DNA of 64,000 bases from Candidatus Thermosaccharophagus gerlachensis (lineage in GTDB: Bacteria; Armatimonadota; Fervidibacteria; Fervidibacterales; Thermosaccharophagaceae): NCBI GenBank assembly GCA_041538025.1, contig JBGOEV010000008.1, positions 2,944 to 66,943 on the forward strand, written 5' to 3'. How positions within the stretch are numbered: the stretch's first letter is position 1; each line of letters starts with the position of its first letter. The notes under the pieces are model-generated. The model saw nothing but the letters and a program-made list of their open reading frames with translations, did no database searches and had not been told where the DNA came from. The position numbers were made by a program, and so were the translations under genes. This document shows, one piece after another, positions 45,832-55,560 of this stretch.

Positions 45832-46629
45832 ATGTGCAGTGAAGGCATAGTTGATTACTCGTGTGCGAAAAGGCGTGGACAAAGGTTATCGCCTACTCTG
45901 GTATTGCTTCTCTTCATTATCGCGAAGCTGTTTGAATTTTCGCACGGGTTAGCGTTTGCAACACAACAAAGCTCAACACAAACTGCAGGTAAGGACATAA
46001 CGTGCTTGTTTGATGATGAGGCTTTCAAAGAGCGCATAAAGAAGAAACTCCCACTGCTCTTCCAAATCGCTGAGGAGCGCTCGTCAAGGGCTGGCAAAAT
46101 AGGCATGGAAGTAGGCACGCTCAGGGAGCAGATACTTATAGCGATGCTGATTTACAAATTCGGGCGAAAGGCTGTTGATGTGAACACTCCGCCAAACTAT
46201 CCAGAAGTAGATGTGATGCTCTTTGGGAAACCAATTTCAATCAAGACAGTCACTGTGAGGTCAAATGCGACACCCACTTTAAAGCTCGTCTGGACCGTTG
46301 ACTGGCTCAAGGTGGAAGAGTTTGTGAGAGGCTATGAGCCACGCTCTGATATGCTTCTTGTCATCATAAGGTGGGGTGGCTATGGTGGTCTGTTCGCTAT
46401 ACCATTGAGTGCACAGAAGGATGTCTTCAACAAGATGGGTAAAGAGAGCTATCTCAAGCTGCCTCAAAAGGGGACGAACCCGAGAGGCATTGAAATTTCA
46501 AAGGAGGCTCTCTCAGCATTGCTGAAGCACCATGAAACGCGCTCTGTTGAAATATTTTGGGAGCGCAAGAAGGGAACAGAAGAGCTTGAGCCATATTCAC
46601 AATGGCTGGCATATTGGGCTGAGGAGTGA
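45832..46629 (+). CDS. hypothetical protein, possible PD-(D/E)XK nuclease / small type II restriction-endonuclease-like
   Basis: GGGAGGTG SD 7 nt upstream of the ATG. Candidate nuclease core PEVDVMLFGKPISIKT preceded by SRAGKIGMEVGTLREQILIAMLIYKFG. The N-terminal 60 aa contain a hydrophobic stretch, so the true start may be internal. Confidence 0.4.
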   Translation: MCSEGIVDYSCAKRRGQRLSPTLVLLLFIIAKLFEFSHGLAFATQQSSTQTAGKDITCLFDDEAFKERIKKKLPLLFQIAEERSSRAGKIGMEVGTLREQILIAMLIYKFGRKAVDVNTPPNYPEVDVMLFGKPISIKTVTVRSNATPTLKLVWTVDWLKVEEFVRGYEPRSDMLLVIIRWGGYGGLFAIPLSAQKDVFNKMGKESYLKLPQKGTNPRGIEISKEALSALLKHHETRSVEIFWERKKGTEELEPYSQWLAYWAEE

Positions 46630-46655
46630 GAACTTAAAGCGGGTGAGTAGGAGAC

Positions 46656-48992
46656 ATGGACGAACGGACTTTGAAGCTGCTTGAATTTGACAAAATTGTT
46701 GAAATGCTACAACTGCATGCACGCACAACATTCGGTCGTGAGCTTGTAGCATCACTGAAGCCCTTTACCAATTTTGAGGAGGTAAAGAGGAAGCTTAAGG
46801 ATACGAGCGATGTGAGAAGGTGGCTTGAAAAACATGGCGTGCCACCGATTGGCTCAGTTAGGGATGTGAGGGCAGAAATTGAGAAAGCCTCTTCTGGCAT
46901 AATGCTTGATACAAGCGAATTGCTTAAGATAGCAAGCGCCCTCTCAGCTGCGTGGGAGGTAAAAACACAACTTGAAAGGAGCAACGAGTTGCCCGAGTGC
47001 TTGCAGAGGCTGTCAAGCCAGATCTCGGATTTAAGATGGCTCTCAGAATCCATACGGAGGGCAATTGATGAAAACGGAAATGTAGTTGATGATGCGTCAC
47101 CGAGACTGCGTCGTATAAGGGCTTCAATACGCTCCACAAGGGATAGCCTAATGCGAAAACTGCAGTCAATCCTCTCCGACAAAGATATCCAAGCTGCTCT
47201 GCAAGAACCAATAGTGACTGTGCGGAATGGCAGATATTGCATCCCAGTGAAGGCTTCAAGGAGACAAAGCGTCAAGGGCATCGTGCATGATAAGTCATCT
47301 TCTGGGCTAACGCTTTTCGTTGAGCCAGAGGAAATCGTAGAGTTGGGCAACCAACTTCGGGAGCTTCAACTTGACGAGGAAAGAGAGGTTAAACACATAC
47401 TGCGTAGCTTAACCGATGCTTTCATCAACTCAATAGAGGAGGTCAAGATAACGCTCAACGCGATAGCTCACATTGACTGTCTATTCTCGCTCGCTGAGTT
47501 TTCGCTCTCCCTCAAATGTGTTGAACCAGAGGTAAGCCCGGATGGCGCAACGAAGCTACTTGGTGCTCGCCACCCATTGCTTGGTGAGAGGGCAGTCCCG
47601 ATTGATGTCGCTATTGGTGGTGATTTTGATGTTCTGGTCATAACTGGTCCAAACATGGGTGGCAAAACCGTGACATTAAAGACGATAGGGCTTTTGACGC
47701 TCATGGCGCAAGCTGGCATGCACATACCTGCGAAAGAGGGCTCACGCATAAGAGTGTTTGAGAAGGTTTTCGCTGACATCGGTGAGGAACAAAGCATAGA
47801 ACAAAACATCAGCACATTCTCATCCCACATACTGAACATCATCAAGATGCTGAAACACGCCGATGAAAGAACACTCGTGCTTATTGATGAGATTGGGGCA
47901 GGCACAGATCCAGAGGAAGGAGCTGCGCTCGCTAAGGCGATACTGCTCAAGTTCCACGAAATGGGAGCAAAGGTTGTATGCACAACACACATCGGTGAAC
48001 TAAAAGCTTTCTCATACACCCACCAAAGGTTTATGAACGCCTCAATGGGGTTTAACATGGAGAAGTTACAGCCCACTTACAAGCTCATCATGGGTTTCCC
48101 TGGCAGGAGCTATGCTCTTACTGTAGCAAGCCAACTTGGGATGCCGAGCGAAGTGATTGAGAAGGCAATGCAGTTGCGCCGTTCAATTTCTGTTGAGTGG
48201 GAGGAAGCTCTCAAAACACTTGAAGCACAGAAGAGAGAAATGCAAAAGATGATGGAGGAGGTTGAACATGAACGTTCCAACCTACAGCAGTTGATTCAAC
48301 GTTACAACATGGAGCTTGAAGAACTTCGCGAGGAGAAAGAACGCATCTTGGAACAGGCTCGTAAAGAAGCAACGGAGATGCTAAACAAGGTGAGCGAGGA
48401 AGCCGAGAGGATATTGGCTGACATGCGAAGACAAACAAGAGAAAGTGTAGTTACAGAAAGATTGCGCAGGCGTTTGCACAAACTCAAGCAAGAGATCATG
48501 CCGAAGACAGGCGATGCGATTCAGCCTTCGGAACTCCCGAAGGTTGGCGAAAAGGTGTTTGTGCCTAAAGCGCAAGTTTATGGAGTGGTCATCAAAGTGA
48601 AGGAAGAAACAAAAGAGGTGCTCGTTGAAGCTAATGGTATTCGCATCTGGCTTCCAGCAAGCGACATCCAAAAGGTTGCAGAAGAAAGCACGGTTGAAAA
48701 GACATATCTCCCATCTGGGTTGAGGTTGCGCAAGTTCGCCTCAATCCCAAAGGAGATAAACATCATCGGTAAGACAGTAGATGAGGCTCTACCGATGGTG
48801 GATAAGTTCCTTGATGACGCAGTTCTTGCTGGACATGAAGTGGTGCGCATAATACACGGTAAAGGGACAGGCAAACTCCGTCAAGCTATACATGAGTTTT
48901 TGAGCAAGCACTTACATGTAGAGTCGTTTGGATTCGCACCACTTAACGAAGGTGGTTCTGGCACAACAGTTGTTAGGTTGAAGAAGCTGTAG
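46656..48992 (+). CDS. mutS2: endonuclease MutS2 (Smr domain)
   Basis: Motifs: ITGPNMGGKTVTLKT, LIDEIGAGTDPEEGAALA, a long coiled-coil, and the C-terminal Smr sequence INIIGKTVDEAL ... RIIHGKGTGKLR. Confidence 0.95.
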   Translation: MDERTLKLLEFDKIVEMLQLHARTTFGRELVASLKPFTNFEEVKRKLKDTSDVRRWLEKHGVPPIGSVRDVRAEIEKASSGIMLDTSELLKIASALSAAWEVKTQLERSNELPECLQRLSSQISDLRWLSESIRRAIDENGNVVDDASPRLRRIRASIRSTRDSLMRKLQSILSDKDIQAALQEPIVTVRNGRYCIPVKASRRQSVKGIVHDKSSSGLTLFVEPEEIVELGNQLRELQLDEEREVKHILRSLTDAFINSIEEVKITLNAIAHIDCLFSLAEFSLSLKCVEPEVSPDGATKLLGARHPLLGERAVPIDVAIGGDFDVLVITGPNMGGKTVTLKTIGLLTLMAQAGMHIPAKEGSRIRVFEKVFADIGEEQSIEQNISTFSSHILNIIKMLKHADERTLVLIDEIGAGTDPEEGAALAKAILLKFHEMGAKVVCTTHIGELKAFSYTHQRFMNASMGFNMEKLQPTYKLIMGFPGRSYALTVASQLGMPSEVIEKAMQLRRSISVEWEEALKTLEAQKREMQKMMEEVEHERSNLQQLIQRYNMELEELREEKERILEQARKEATEMLNKVSEEAERILADMRRQTRESVVTERLRRRLHKLKQEIMPKTGDAIQPSELPKVGEKVFVPKAQVYGVVIKVKEETKEVLVEANGIRIWLPASDIQKVAEESTVEKTYLPSGLRLRKFASIPKEINIIGKTVDEALPMVDKFLDDAVLAGHEVVRIIHGKGTGKLRQAIHEFLSKHLHVESFGFAPLNEGGSGTTVVRLKKL

Positions 48993-49021
48993 AAGCGCAA
49001 CGATGAAGGGTGAAACGGGTA

Positions 49022-50980
49022 ATGAAAGGGAATCCGTGGTTTCACCTTGCACTTTTGTTTATAGCCATATGCATAGTCAGCGCAAGCCAAAAGGAAGCAA
49101 ATGACAAACCCATTGTGCAGTTATCGGTCAAACTCCCGTGGAGAGTGGAAGCGATAGAAAAGTTGCGTGACTTGGTTGAATCCACTGAGAAGCTGTTAGA
49201 AAAAGTTACAGTTGAACTAAGCCTTGAAGACGGCTTGAAGGAGGTAGAGGGAATTGATGTAGCGCTTGAGCGACTGAGCCAATTTATATCGGTTGCAAGG
49301 CATAACGGGTTTGCCATAGCTGTGAGCGTTGACTTGGACAACATCCCAAAGCTTTCTGGGGTTGATCTGCCAACTCGTTCACTCGTCGTATCGGGGAAAG
49401 CATCAGAAGAGCCATCACTGTTTGCGCCTCATGCTGTTCAAGCTTATGCTACGGTTTTCAAATTGCTCTCAAGGCGCCTAAAGGGGCAGGTTAATGCACT
49501 CACGCTGCGGATACCACAACTTGACCCTCAACCTTTAAAGGGCAACGAGATTGGTTGGCATATGCCTTACGACCTCTGGTGTGGAGATAGGTTCGCGAAG
49601 ATCGCTTTCAGGGATTATGTGAGGAGCAAGTATGTGGCGCTCTCAGCTTTGAGAGAAGCATGGGGAGTGAGTGTTGAGCGATGGGAGGATGTTGTTTATC
49701 CGATGCAGCGGAGTGATGAGGATTGGGTGAACTTGCCCGCTGGCATGCGTCGCCATTGGCTTGACTTCGTCAGCTGGTATTGTGAAGCAGTAAACAGCTT
49801 CATTAGTGAGCTTGCAAGACAAGCAAGGAAAGCCTTTCCACAGGTAATGCTCACATTTGAATTACCTTTGAAAGCAACACCGCTGACTGGGTGGCAGTTG
49901 AGCACACTCGTGCGTGAAGCCCCAATTGATACCAACACATCCTTTAGGGTGGACGCAGATGCGCCTTTGCTCTGTTTGGCATTACTTTCAAAGGCTTGCG
50001 AGTTCTACAAAGTTAAAGTTGCTTGCAATGTGCACCTCGGTGATAAGAAGGCAAAAAGAGGTAGCCTTATGCTTCAAGGTAACAACGCTATTGGCTTTCA
50101 AGCGTTTGCTGTAGCACTCCTTCAACCAGAAGCATTGGCACTAACCGTTGATGAGGTGCCAAGGTTGCTGCGCATGTTTGAGGACGGTGAATTGCTCATC
50201 CCACGCAAGCATTTGACGGATGTTGCGGTGCTTTTACCAACTACTTCAATTTTGCTTTCCCCACAAACGCTTTTAGAGTTCGGTGAGCGCTTAAGCACTA
50301 TTGTTGATGCAGTGCCCTGCGATTTGATTGACGAGATTCTACTACTTAATGGCGCATGCGAGGACTACCGCTTGCTTATTGCGCCTGCCGGGAGTATCTT
50401 TTGCCATGCTTCGTTAGAGAAGATGATGAGTTGGGTTGAAAGGGGTGGCATTCTCCTCATCGGATCAAATGAGGTGTGGACAGATGTAAGTGGCAAATGT
50501 GAGATCGCAAAAAGAATCGGAATTGAGCATCGGGGTGATGATGCACAACTCATACAGCTTATAAAGCTTCTTTCTGGCTTTAAGCGTGTTGCCGATGTCC
50601 CGCTTGAAGTCATGAAGGACGTATACGCAGGTTTGATTAAGCGTTTGGGGAATGGGTTTATCGTGTGGTTTCCAATTGGTGAGTTAAAAGAGAGTCCAAA
50701 AGCTTTTACGCTCGTTGCATCCGATCTGGCATTTGATATTTCAAAGTGTGCAAGCGTTGCAGGGCGTGCCATCTCACCGTTTCACACATGGCAACCGATA
50801 GCAAAGCTCTCAGAAATTGATGACATCCTTTTCCTCTGGCACGATGGAGTTGTTACACTTTTTAACGCCTCTACACAAATGCAAACTATTACTATGCAAA
50901 CACGCGTGGGAGATGTAAAGCGAACATTGGCACCATACGAAGCATCCTTTGTATCTGTGCGTAGTAGCAACAATCCATAA
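49022..50980 (+). CDS. secreted hypothetical protein with GH42-like (beta-galactosidase-like) layout
   Basis: Signal peptide MKGNPWFHLALLFIAICIVSASQ. FRDYVRSKYVALSALREAWG and DYRLLIAPAGSIFCHASLEKMMSWVERGGILLIG resemble the GH42 barrel and trimerisation-domain segments. This assignment is weak. Confidence 0.4.
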   Translation: MKGNPWFHLALLFIAICIVSASQKEANDKPIVQLSVKLPWRVEAIEKLRDLVESTEKLLEKVTVELSLEDGLKEVEGIDVALERLSQFISVARHNGFAIAVSVDLDNIPKLSGVDLPTRSLVVSGKASEEPSLFAPHAVQAYATVFKLLSRRLKGQVNALTLRIPQLDPQPLKGNEIGWHMPYDLWCGDRFAKIAFRDYVRSKYVALSALREAWGVSVERWEDVVYPMQRSDEDWVNLPAGMRRHWLDFVSWYCEAVNSFISELARQARKAFPQVMLTFELPLKATPLTGWQLSTLVREAPIDTNTSFRVDADAPLLCLALLSKACEFYKVKVACNVHLGDKKAKRGSLMLQGNNAIGFQAFAVALLQPEALALTVDEVPRLLRMFEDGELLIPRKHLTDVAVLLPTTSILLSPQTLLEFGERLSTIVDAVPCDLIDEILLLNGACEDYRLLIAPAGSIFCHASLEKMMSWVERGGILLIGSNEVWTDVSGKCEIAKRIGIEHRGDDAQLIQLIKLLSGFKRVADVPLEVMKDVYAGLIKRLGNGFIVWFPIGELKESPKAFTLVASDLAFDISKCASVAGRAISPFHTWQPIAKLSEIDDILFLWHDGVVTLFNASTQMQTITMQTRVGDVKRTLAPYEASFVSVRSSNNP

Positions 50981-51003
50981 ACGGGAGTGGAGGTGAAAGG
51001 GCG

Positions 51004-51990
51004 ATGGGAAACGGTATAGGCGTGTGTGTTGTTGGTTATGGTATGGGTAAGTTTCACTGCGATGCAATAAAGCAAGTTGATGGCTTGAACCTCGTGGCTG
51101 TTTGCGAGATAGACGAAGCTAAGCTCAAAAGGGCAGTTGAGGAACAAGGTGTAAAGGGATACTCAAAGCTGTCAGATGCCCTTAAGGACGATGAAGTTGA
51201 ACTTGTTGTGCTCGTCACACCGCATGACACCCATGCACCATTATCGCTGCAAGTAATGAATGCTGGCAGGCATTGCATTGTTGAGAAGGTAATGTGTTTG
51301 AATGTAAAGGAAGCCGACAGAATGATTGAGGCAAGCCAACGGAATGGTGTTTTGCTTTCCGTCTTTCAAAACAGGCGTTGGGACAGCGACTACCTGACAA
51401 TCAAACGGATATGCGAACTTGGCTTAATAGGCGAGCCGTTTGAGTTCCAATCCTTCGTTGGCGGTTATGGCAAGCCGGGTGGATGGCGTTCCATGAGGAA
51501 GCATGGAGGTGGAATGGTTTACGATTGGGGTGCACACTTGGTTGATCAAGCACTACAAATTGTGAAGGCTAATGTTGAGTGGGTTTTTGCCGAGATGCAT
51601 TACAAGCATTGGGATGTTGAGGTTGAAACGCATTCTCAGATTTGGATACGCTTTGAGAACGGTGTGCTGTTTAACATTGAGCTTTCAAACCTGTCACGCA
51701 TACCAAGACCAAGGTGGCGTGTGCTCGGGACGAGGGGCACAATTGTGAAAGAATCGTTTGACCCAAATGAGAAGGCGAAGGTGCACACAACCATAGACAA
51801 TGTCACAGTTGAAATACTCTTTGAGAGCGTAAGAGGCGATTGGATTGACTACTACCGAAACATAGCTGATGTTCTATTGAGAGGCGCTGAGCTCATCGTT
51901 AAGCCAGAGGAGACAAGGGAAGTCGTGCGCGTTATAGAGGCTGCACATAAATCAGCCATAACACAAAAGCCAGTGAGGCTTCAAAAGTAA
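51004..51990 (+). CDS. Gfo/Idh/MocA family oxidoreductase
   Basis: Motifs: IGVCVVGYGMGKFH, VEKVM, and a C-terminal alpha/beta domain. Confidence 0.85.
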   Translation: MGNGIGVCVVGYGMGKFHCDAIKQVDGLNLVAVCEIDEAKLKRAVEEQGVKGYSKLSDALKDDEVELVVLVTPHDTHAPLSLQVMNAGRHCIVEKVMCLNVKEADRMIEASQRNGVLLSVFQNRRWDSDYLTIKRICELGLIGEPFEFQSFVGGYGKPGGWRSMRKHGGGMVYDWGAHLVDQALQIVKANVEWVFAEMHYKHWDVEVETHSQIWIRFENGVLFNIELSNLSRIPRPRWRVLGTRGTIVKESFDPNEKAKVHTTIDNVTVEILFESVRGDWIDYYRNIADVLLRGAELIVKPEETREVVRVIEAAHKSAITQKPVRLQK

Positions 51991-52038
51991 TCTCACAATG
52001 CCGTAAGAGCGCTTGGTCCAAAAACTCTGCCCAAGTGA

Positions 52039-52066
52039 TTACAAGTTCGCTTTGGTGCGGTAAAAT
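52039..52066 (+). promoter_or_regulatory. sigma-70-like promoter (TTACAA - 16 nt - TAAAAT) upstream of ssrA
   Basis: Hexamers at 52039-52044 and 52061-52066, about 40 nt before the mature tmRNA 5' end. Confidence 0.3.
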
Positions 52067-52104
52067 AAGATACGGCAATACTGAACCTTCCGAAACGATA
52101 AAGT

Positions 52105-52455
52105 GGGGGCGAATTGGGCTCGACGCTGAAAGCCGAGGTGTTGGCTGCGAGCCGGGTGGGCGCGAGTCCCGTTAACAACGCGCAAACTTACAAATGCCGA
52201 GCCTGTTGCTTTGGCTGCCTAATTGACGGCAGCACGTCCTGCTGACGCTCGCCGGTGGCGTTGGACAGGGCGTCAGATAGCCGGCTGCGCAGCGGTGAGA
52301 GCCAGCATAGCCGCTGCTAAGACAGATGCTGGCTTGCTCGCTTGGTATTCCGCTCGCCGAAGACCAAGCGAGGAGAGGTAAAAGGCGAGATACGCTCGTA
52401 GACGCCAACACTGAGGTTTCAGCGGACGCGGGTTCGATTCCCGCCGCCTCCACCA
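52105..52455 (+). ncRNA. ssrA: tmRNA (SsrA)
   Basis: The 5' end reads GGGGGCGAAUUGGGCUCGACG. The 3' end is tRNA-like: GCGGG-UUCGAUU-CCCGC T arm, CGCCUCC acceptor strand, and encoded ACCA. The internal tag frame ends ...AAU GCC GAG CCU GUU GCU UUG GCU GCC UAA (NAEPVALAA stop at 52220-52222). Confidence 0.9.
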
Positions 52456-52523
52456 AATCCTTCGCAGTAGCTCGTAATAGTAGGCTGGTTGAAAGGGCAC
52501 GCAGAAGGAAAAGGTGCAAAGAA

Positions 52524-54212
52524 GTGCAGCTCCAAATAAAGCAATACCAACCTAAACCCACACGCATACCTTCAAAGTGCTTCCTCACCTTAATGCTCCT
52601 CATGCTGATTGCGGGAAGAGAAATCAAATGTGAGGCGCAAATGCGTCTCTTTGTCCTCGGTAAGGATGCAGGATGGCTTCTATGCAAGTTTGTTGATGAC
52701 GAGGTTCTTATCCCCTATGGCGAGTGGCTTAAGGAAGTCGCAAAAGATGTTGAGGAGGTAAAGGGTAACGCCCTAAGGATAAAGTGCCATGATGGGAAAT
52801 GCATTGAACTGCGTCCATTTTCCACTGAAGCAGTTGTTGAGGAGAAAAGTGTAAAGCTACAGTATCCACCTGAGTTGAAGGATGGAAAACTATACCTGCC
52901 AATCAGGTCGCTTTGTGAGTTGCTCAACTTTGGTTTCACTTACGATAGCAAAACAGGGGTTGGTTACATTTGTGCACTGCTATCGTCGGTTGATATAAAG
53001 CAATCAGGTGCTGGGTGGCTTCTTGATGTTTCGCTAAGCTCAAATGTTTCTTACAACATTGAGAGGCTAAGCGCACCTGAACGAATTTACATTGATGCCC
53101 ACCACTGCCTCATCATCCCCACAAAATACGGTGAAGTAATAGGCAGGCATGGTTCAATAGCTCGTGTGCGCATCGGGCAGTATTCGTCATCGCCACCAAT
53201 AGCAAGGGTAGTGGTAGACACAGATGGAAGACTTGCATGGGACGATAAAACAGAGAAAGACGAAAACGGGAAAGCAAACAAGATAAGGATCTTGATACAT
53301 GATGCGTTGGCTTCGGAAGCTTCAAAAGGAAAGGTAAACGCTGTAAAGCTTGAGAAGCTTGATGGGCGTGTTAAGGGCTTAATAACGGCTGAAGGTGCTT
53401 TCAGGTGGCGCACATTTACATTGAGTGATCCATACAGGGTTGTTGTTGACTTCCGAAATTGCGAGCTCATGATTCAACCCGGATCTTGTGAGATACCCAA
53501 AAACGATATAGTCAAAGAGGTGAGGGTTGGGACACCCGAGGTTGACGGTGAAATTGTAACGAGGGTTGTCTTTGAGCTATTCAAGCCGGTGCGATACAGG
53601 GTCATTGATAAGCGTGCCGATGGACTTGTTTCCGTTGAATTTGGTGGGAGCCGACTTGCAAATGCAACAATAGTTCTTGACCCCGGTCATGGTGGGCACG
53701 ACCCGGGCGCTATGAGCCCACCATCAATGTTTGTGAAGCGCCTCATTGAAAAGGAATTAACGCTTGACATAGCCACAAAGCTACAAAGGTTGCTCACGAG
53801 CGCAGGAGTGAATGTCATTATGACTCGCTCGGGCGATTACTACGTCTCTCTACAAGACAGGGTAAACTTGGCTAACAGTGTAAATGCAACTGCTTTCATC
53901 AGCATCCATATCAACTCTTATCCAATACAAGGTGGAAAGAGGGGCACAGAGACTTACTACTTTACTCCTCAAAGTGAACGGCTCGCAGCAATAATACATA
54001 GGCACATGATCTCCACCTTGCAACTCCCAGACAACGGTATCAGAAGGAGGGGCTTCTTCGTGTTACGCAACACAACAATACCAGCTGTGCTTGTTGAGGT
54101 CTGCTACATAAACCACCCTTCCGATGGAGCGCTTCTCATGGATGAGCAGTTCCGTGAGAGGGTAGCAACTGCTATATTCAATGGGATTAACGAATACCTT
54201 AGTCAGTTCTAA
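52524..54212 (+). CDS. N-acetylmuramoyl-L-alanine amidase (AmiC-like) with stalk and AMIN-like N-terminal domains
   Basis: Amidase_3 motifs VLDPGHGGHDPGA, FISIHINS and TETYYF. AMIN-like strands ARVVVD and YRVVVDF. The track ORF start (52326) lies inside the tmRNA. I trimmed it to GTG 52524, which gives the signal peptide ...KCFLTLMLLMLIAGREIKCEAQ. ATG 52593 is the alternative. Confidence 0.8.
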   Translation: MQLQIKQYQPKPTRIPSKCFLTLMLLMLIAGREIKCEAQMRLFVLGKDAGWLLCKFVDDEVLIPYGEWLKEVAKDVEEVKGNALRIKCHDGKCIELRPFSTEAVVEEKSVKLQYPPELKDGKLYLPIRSLCELLNFGFTYDSKTGVGYICALLSSVDIKQSGAGWLLDVSLSSNVSYNIERLSAPERIYIDAHHCLIIPTKYGEVIGRHGSIARVRIGQYSSSPPIARVVVDTDGRLAWDDKTEKDENGKANKIRILIHDALASEASKGKVNAVKLEKLDGRVKGLITAEGAFRWRTFTLSDPYRVVVDFRNCELMIQPGSCEIPKNDIVKEVRVGTPEVDGEIVTRVVFELFKPVRYRVIDKRADGLVSVEFGGSRLANATIVLDPGHGGHDPGAMSPPSMFVKRLIEKELTLDIATKLQRLLTSAGVNVIMTRSGDYYVSLQDRVNLANSVNATAFISIHINSYPIQGGKRGTETYYFTPQSERLAAIIHRHMISTLQLPDNGIRRRGFFVLRNTTIPAVLVEVCYINHPSDGALLMDEQFRERVATAIFNGINEYLSQF

Positions 54213-54236
54213 CATCCATCCTCATCTTTTGTTGCC

Positions 54237-55475
54237 TCAGTTTGCAAACTCCTCAACCAACTTCATCGCCATGTGAACCCATTCCCACATCCTTTGCGGT
54301 TGCTTGCGACATGTGTGAAGATCCTTCATGAGGATTTCAACGACACATCCTCTTGCCTTCTCAAGCATCTCCCTGAGTTTCCTTTCGGCGAGCTTTATGT
54401 CCCATTGCTCAATACTGAATATGCTTGGGTTAGGCTTCAGCGACATGATATAATCTTTGCCCAAGCTCTCCGCAGCCTTCTCAACATCAGCCCATGGGCT
54501 TATGCTTACTCGCCTAAGGTTCGGTATCCAACGCTTGATTATCTCAAGCTTATTATGCAATGGCTCACAACAACCGTAACTGCTAAGCCCAAAACGTGAA
54601 AGGAACTTGCTTTCGTAGCGGAGGGCAAATTCCTCATGCATCGCTGGTGAGACATCGGCGAATATCTGAGTTGTGGCGTGTCCCCATTGGTCTTTTGTGC
54701 GCACATGCACACCGTCAAAGTCTGGTTGCGGGAGCTCGTCTGTCACTCCAAGCCCTCCGGGACCTATGTTGACTGGACCGTTGTTAAGTGATAGCAAGCC
54801 AAGCTTTTCGTATTGCTCCAAAAGACATAAGTGCCATTGTGTCATCCTTTCAAGCCAACCATGTAGCCATTCTGGGCGCTCAATCATGTCAATGAATGTG
54901 TTCTCAACACCACGCCATTGAATGAACTCATCAATGATCGCAAACCAATGCGAATACACACCGCGCTTCTCAACCGTCAATATGCCATCATAGATCTCAC
55001 AAAGGCGCTCATAGTTTCTCTCCGTCTCTTCCCAATCAACAGTTACTTCGGGCATCTTTAACATAGTTGGGTCATCTTTCTCGCTTATGACGGGGTTGAA
55101 CCGAGCTGCACCAAATTCATGCTGAGGACGATCAATATTCGGTGTTATGCCACGACTGCTCACCCTTATGGTTATCGGGCAATAAACCTTCGCTTCATAA
55201 ACATGGTCGTCGGGCATATGCTCAAAGTGATACAGCATCCTCCTTAACATCCATTCTTGGCTTCGAGCAAACTCATCTTCGCACTCCAATTTGATTTCGT
55301 CCTTGTTCTCATGCCATGTGTCGTTTAGAAGCAAAACCATCGGGCGGATAGGCTTAAGTTTGTTCAGGCAACGCCATAGCTCCATCTTCTCCTGCTGTAT
55401 CGGCAAGGAGGCTATCTCGGCAAGCCTCTTTGCAAGCTCTCTTAAAACCGCTTTGTCACGCTCAGGTATCGCCAT
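54237..55475 (-). CDS. conserved hypothetical protein (no motif I can name with confidence)
   Basis: Clean 412-aa ORF with protein-like composition. ATG 55475 lies behind a GAAGGGTGGTGA SD-like run. It is convergent with the amidase gene. Confidence 0.5.
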   Translation of the reverse strand: MAIPERDKAVLRELAKRLAEIASLPIQQEKMELWRCLNKLKPIRPMVLLLNDTWHENKDEIKLECEDEFARSQEWMLRRMLYHFEHMPDDHVYEAKVYCPITIRVSSRGITPNIDRPQHEFGAARFNPVISEKDDPTMLKMPEVTVDWEETERNYERLCEIYDGILTVEKRGVYSHWFAIIDEFIQWRGVENTFIDMIERPEWLHGWLERMTQWHLCLLEQYEKLGLLSLNNGPVNIGPGGLGVTDELPQPDFDGVHVRTKDQWGHATTQIFADVSPAMHEEFALRYESKFLSRFGLSSYGCCEPLHNKLEIIKRWIPNLRRVSISPWADVEKAAESLGKDYIMSLKPNPSIFSIEQWDIKLAERKLREMLEKARGCVVEILMKDLHTCRKQPQRMWEWVHMAMKLVEEFAN

Positions 55476-55560
55476 CTTCACCACCCTTCGACAAAAGCGC
55501 TATCATCTTAGTTGGTTAAGGCTTCTTCATATTATTATGTTTCCTCTGCTACAAGGGGGA

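Noticed and set aside
46634-48076. Minus-strand ORFs 46634..47350 (238 aa) and 47468..48076 (202 aa)
   Set aside because: They are antisense to mutS2, which has Walker and Smr motifs. The antisense translations are Ser-rich and carry no motifs.
52172-52687. 171-aa minus-strand ORF and the first 66 codons of the plus-strand ORF 52326..54212
   Set aside because: Both overlap the tmRNA gene (52105..52455). I trimmed the amidase start to 52524.
55291-55560. N-terminal extension of the molybdopterin subunit ORF
   Set aside because: It overlaps the divergently transcribed gene 54237..55475. The conserved N-terminus (IGERVKRID) starts just after 55561.
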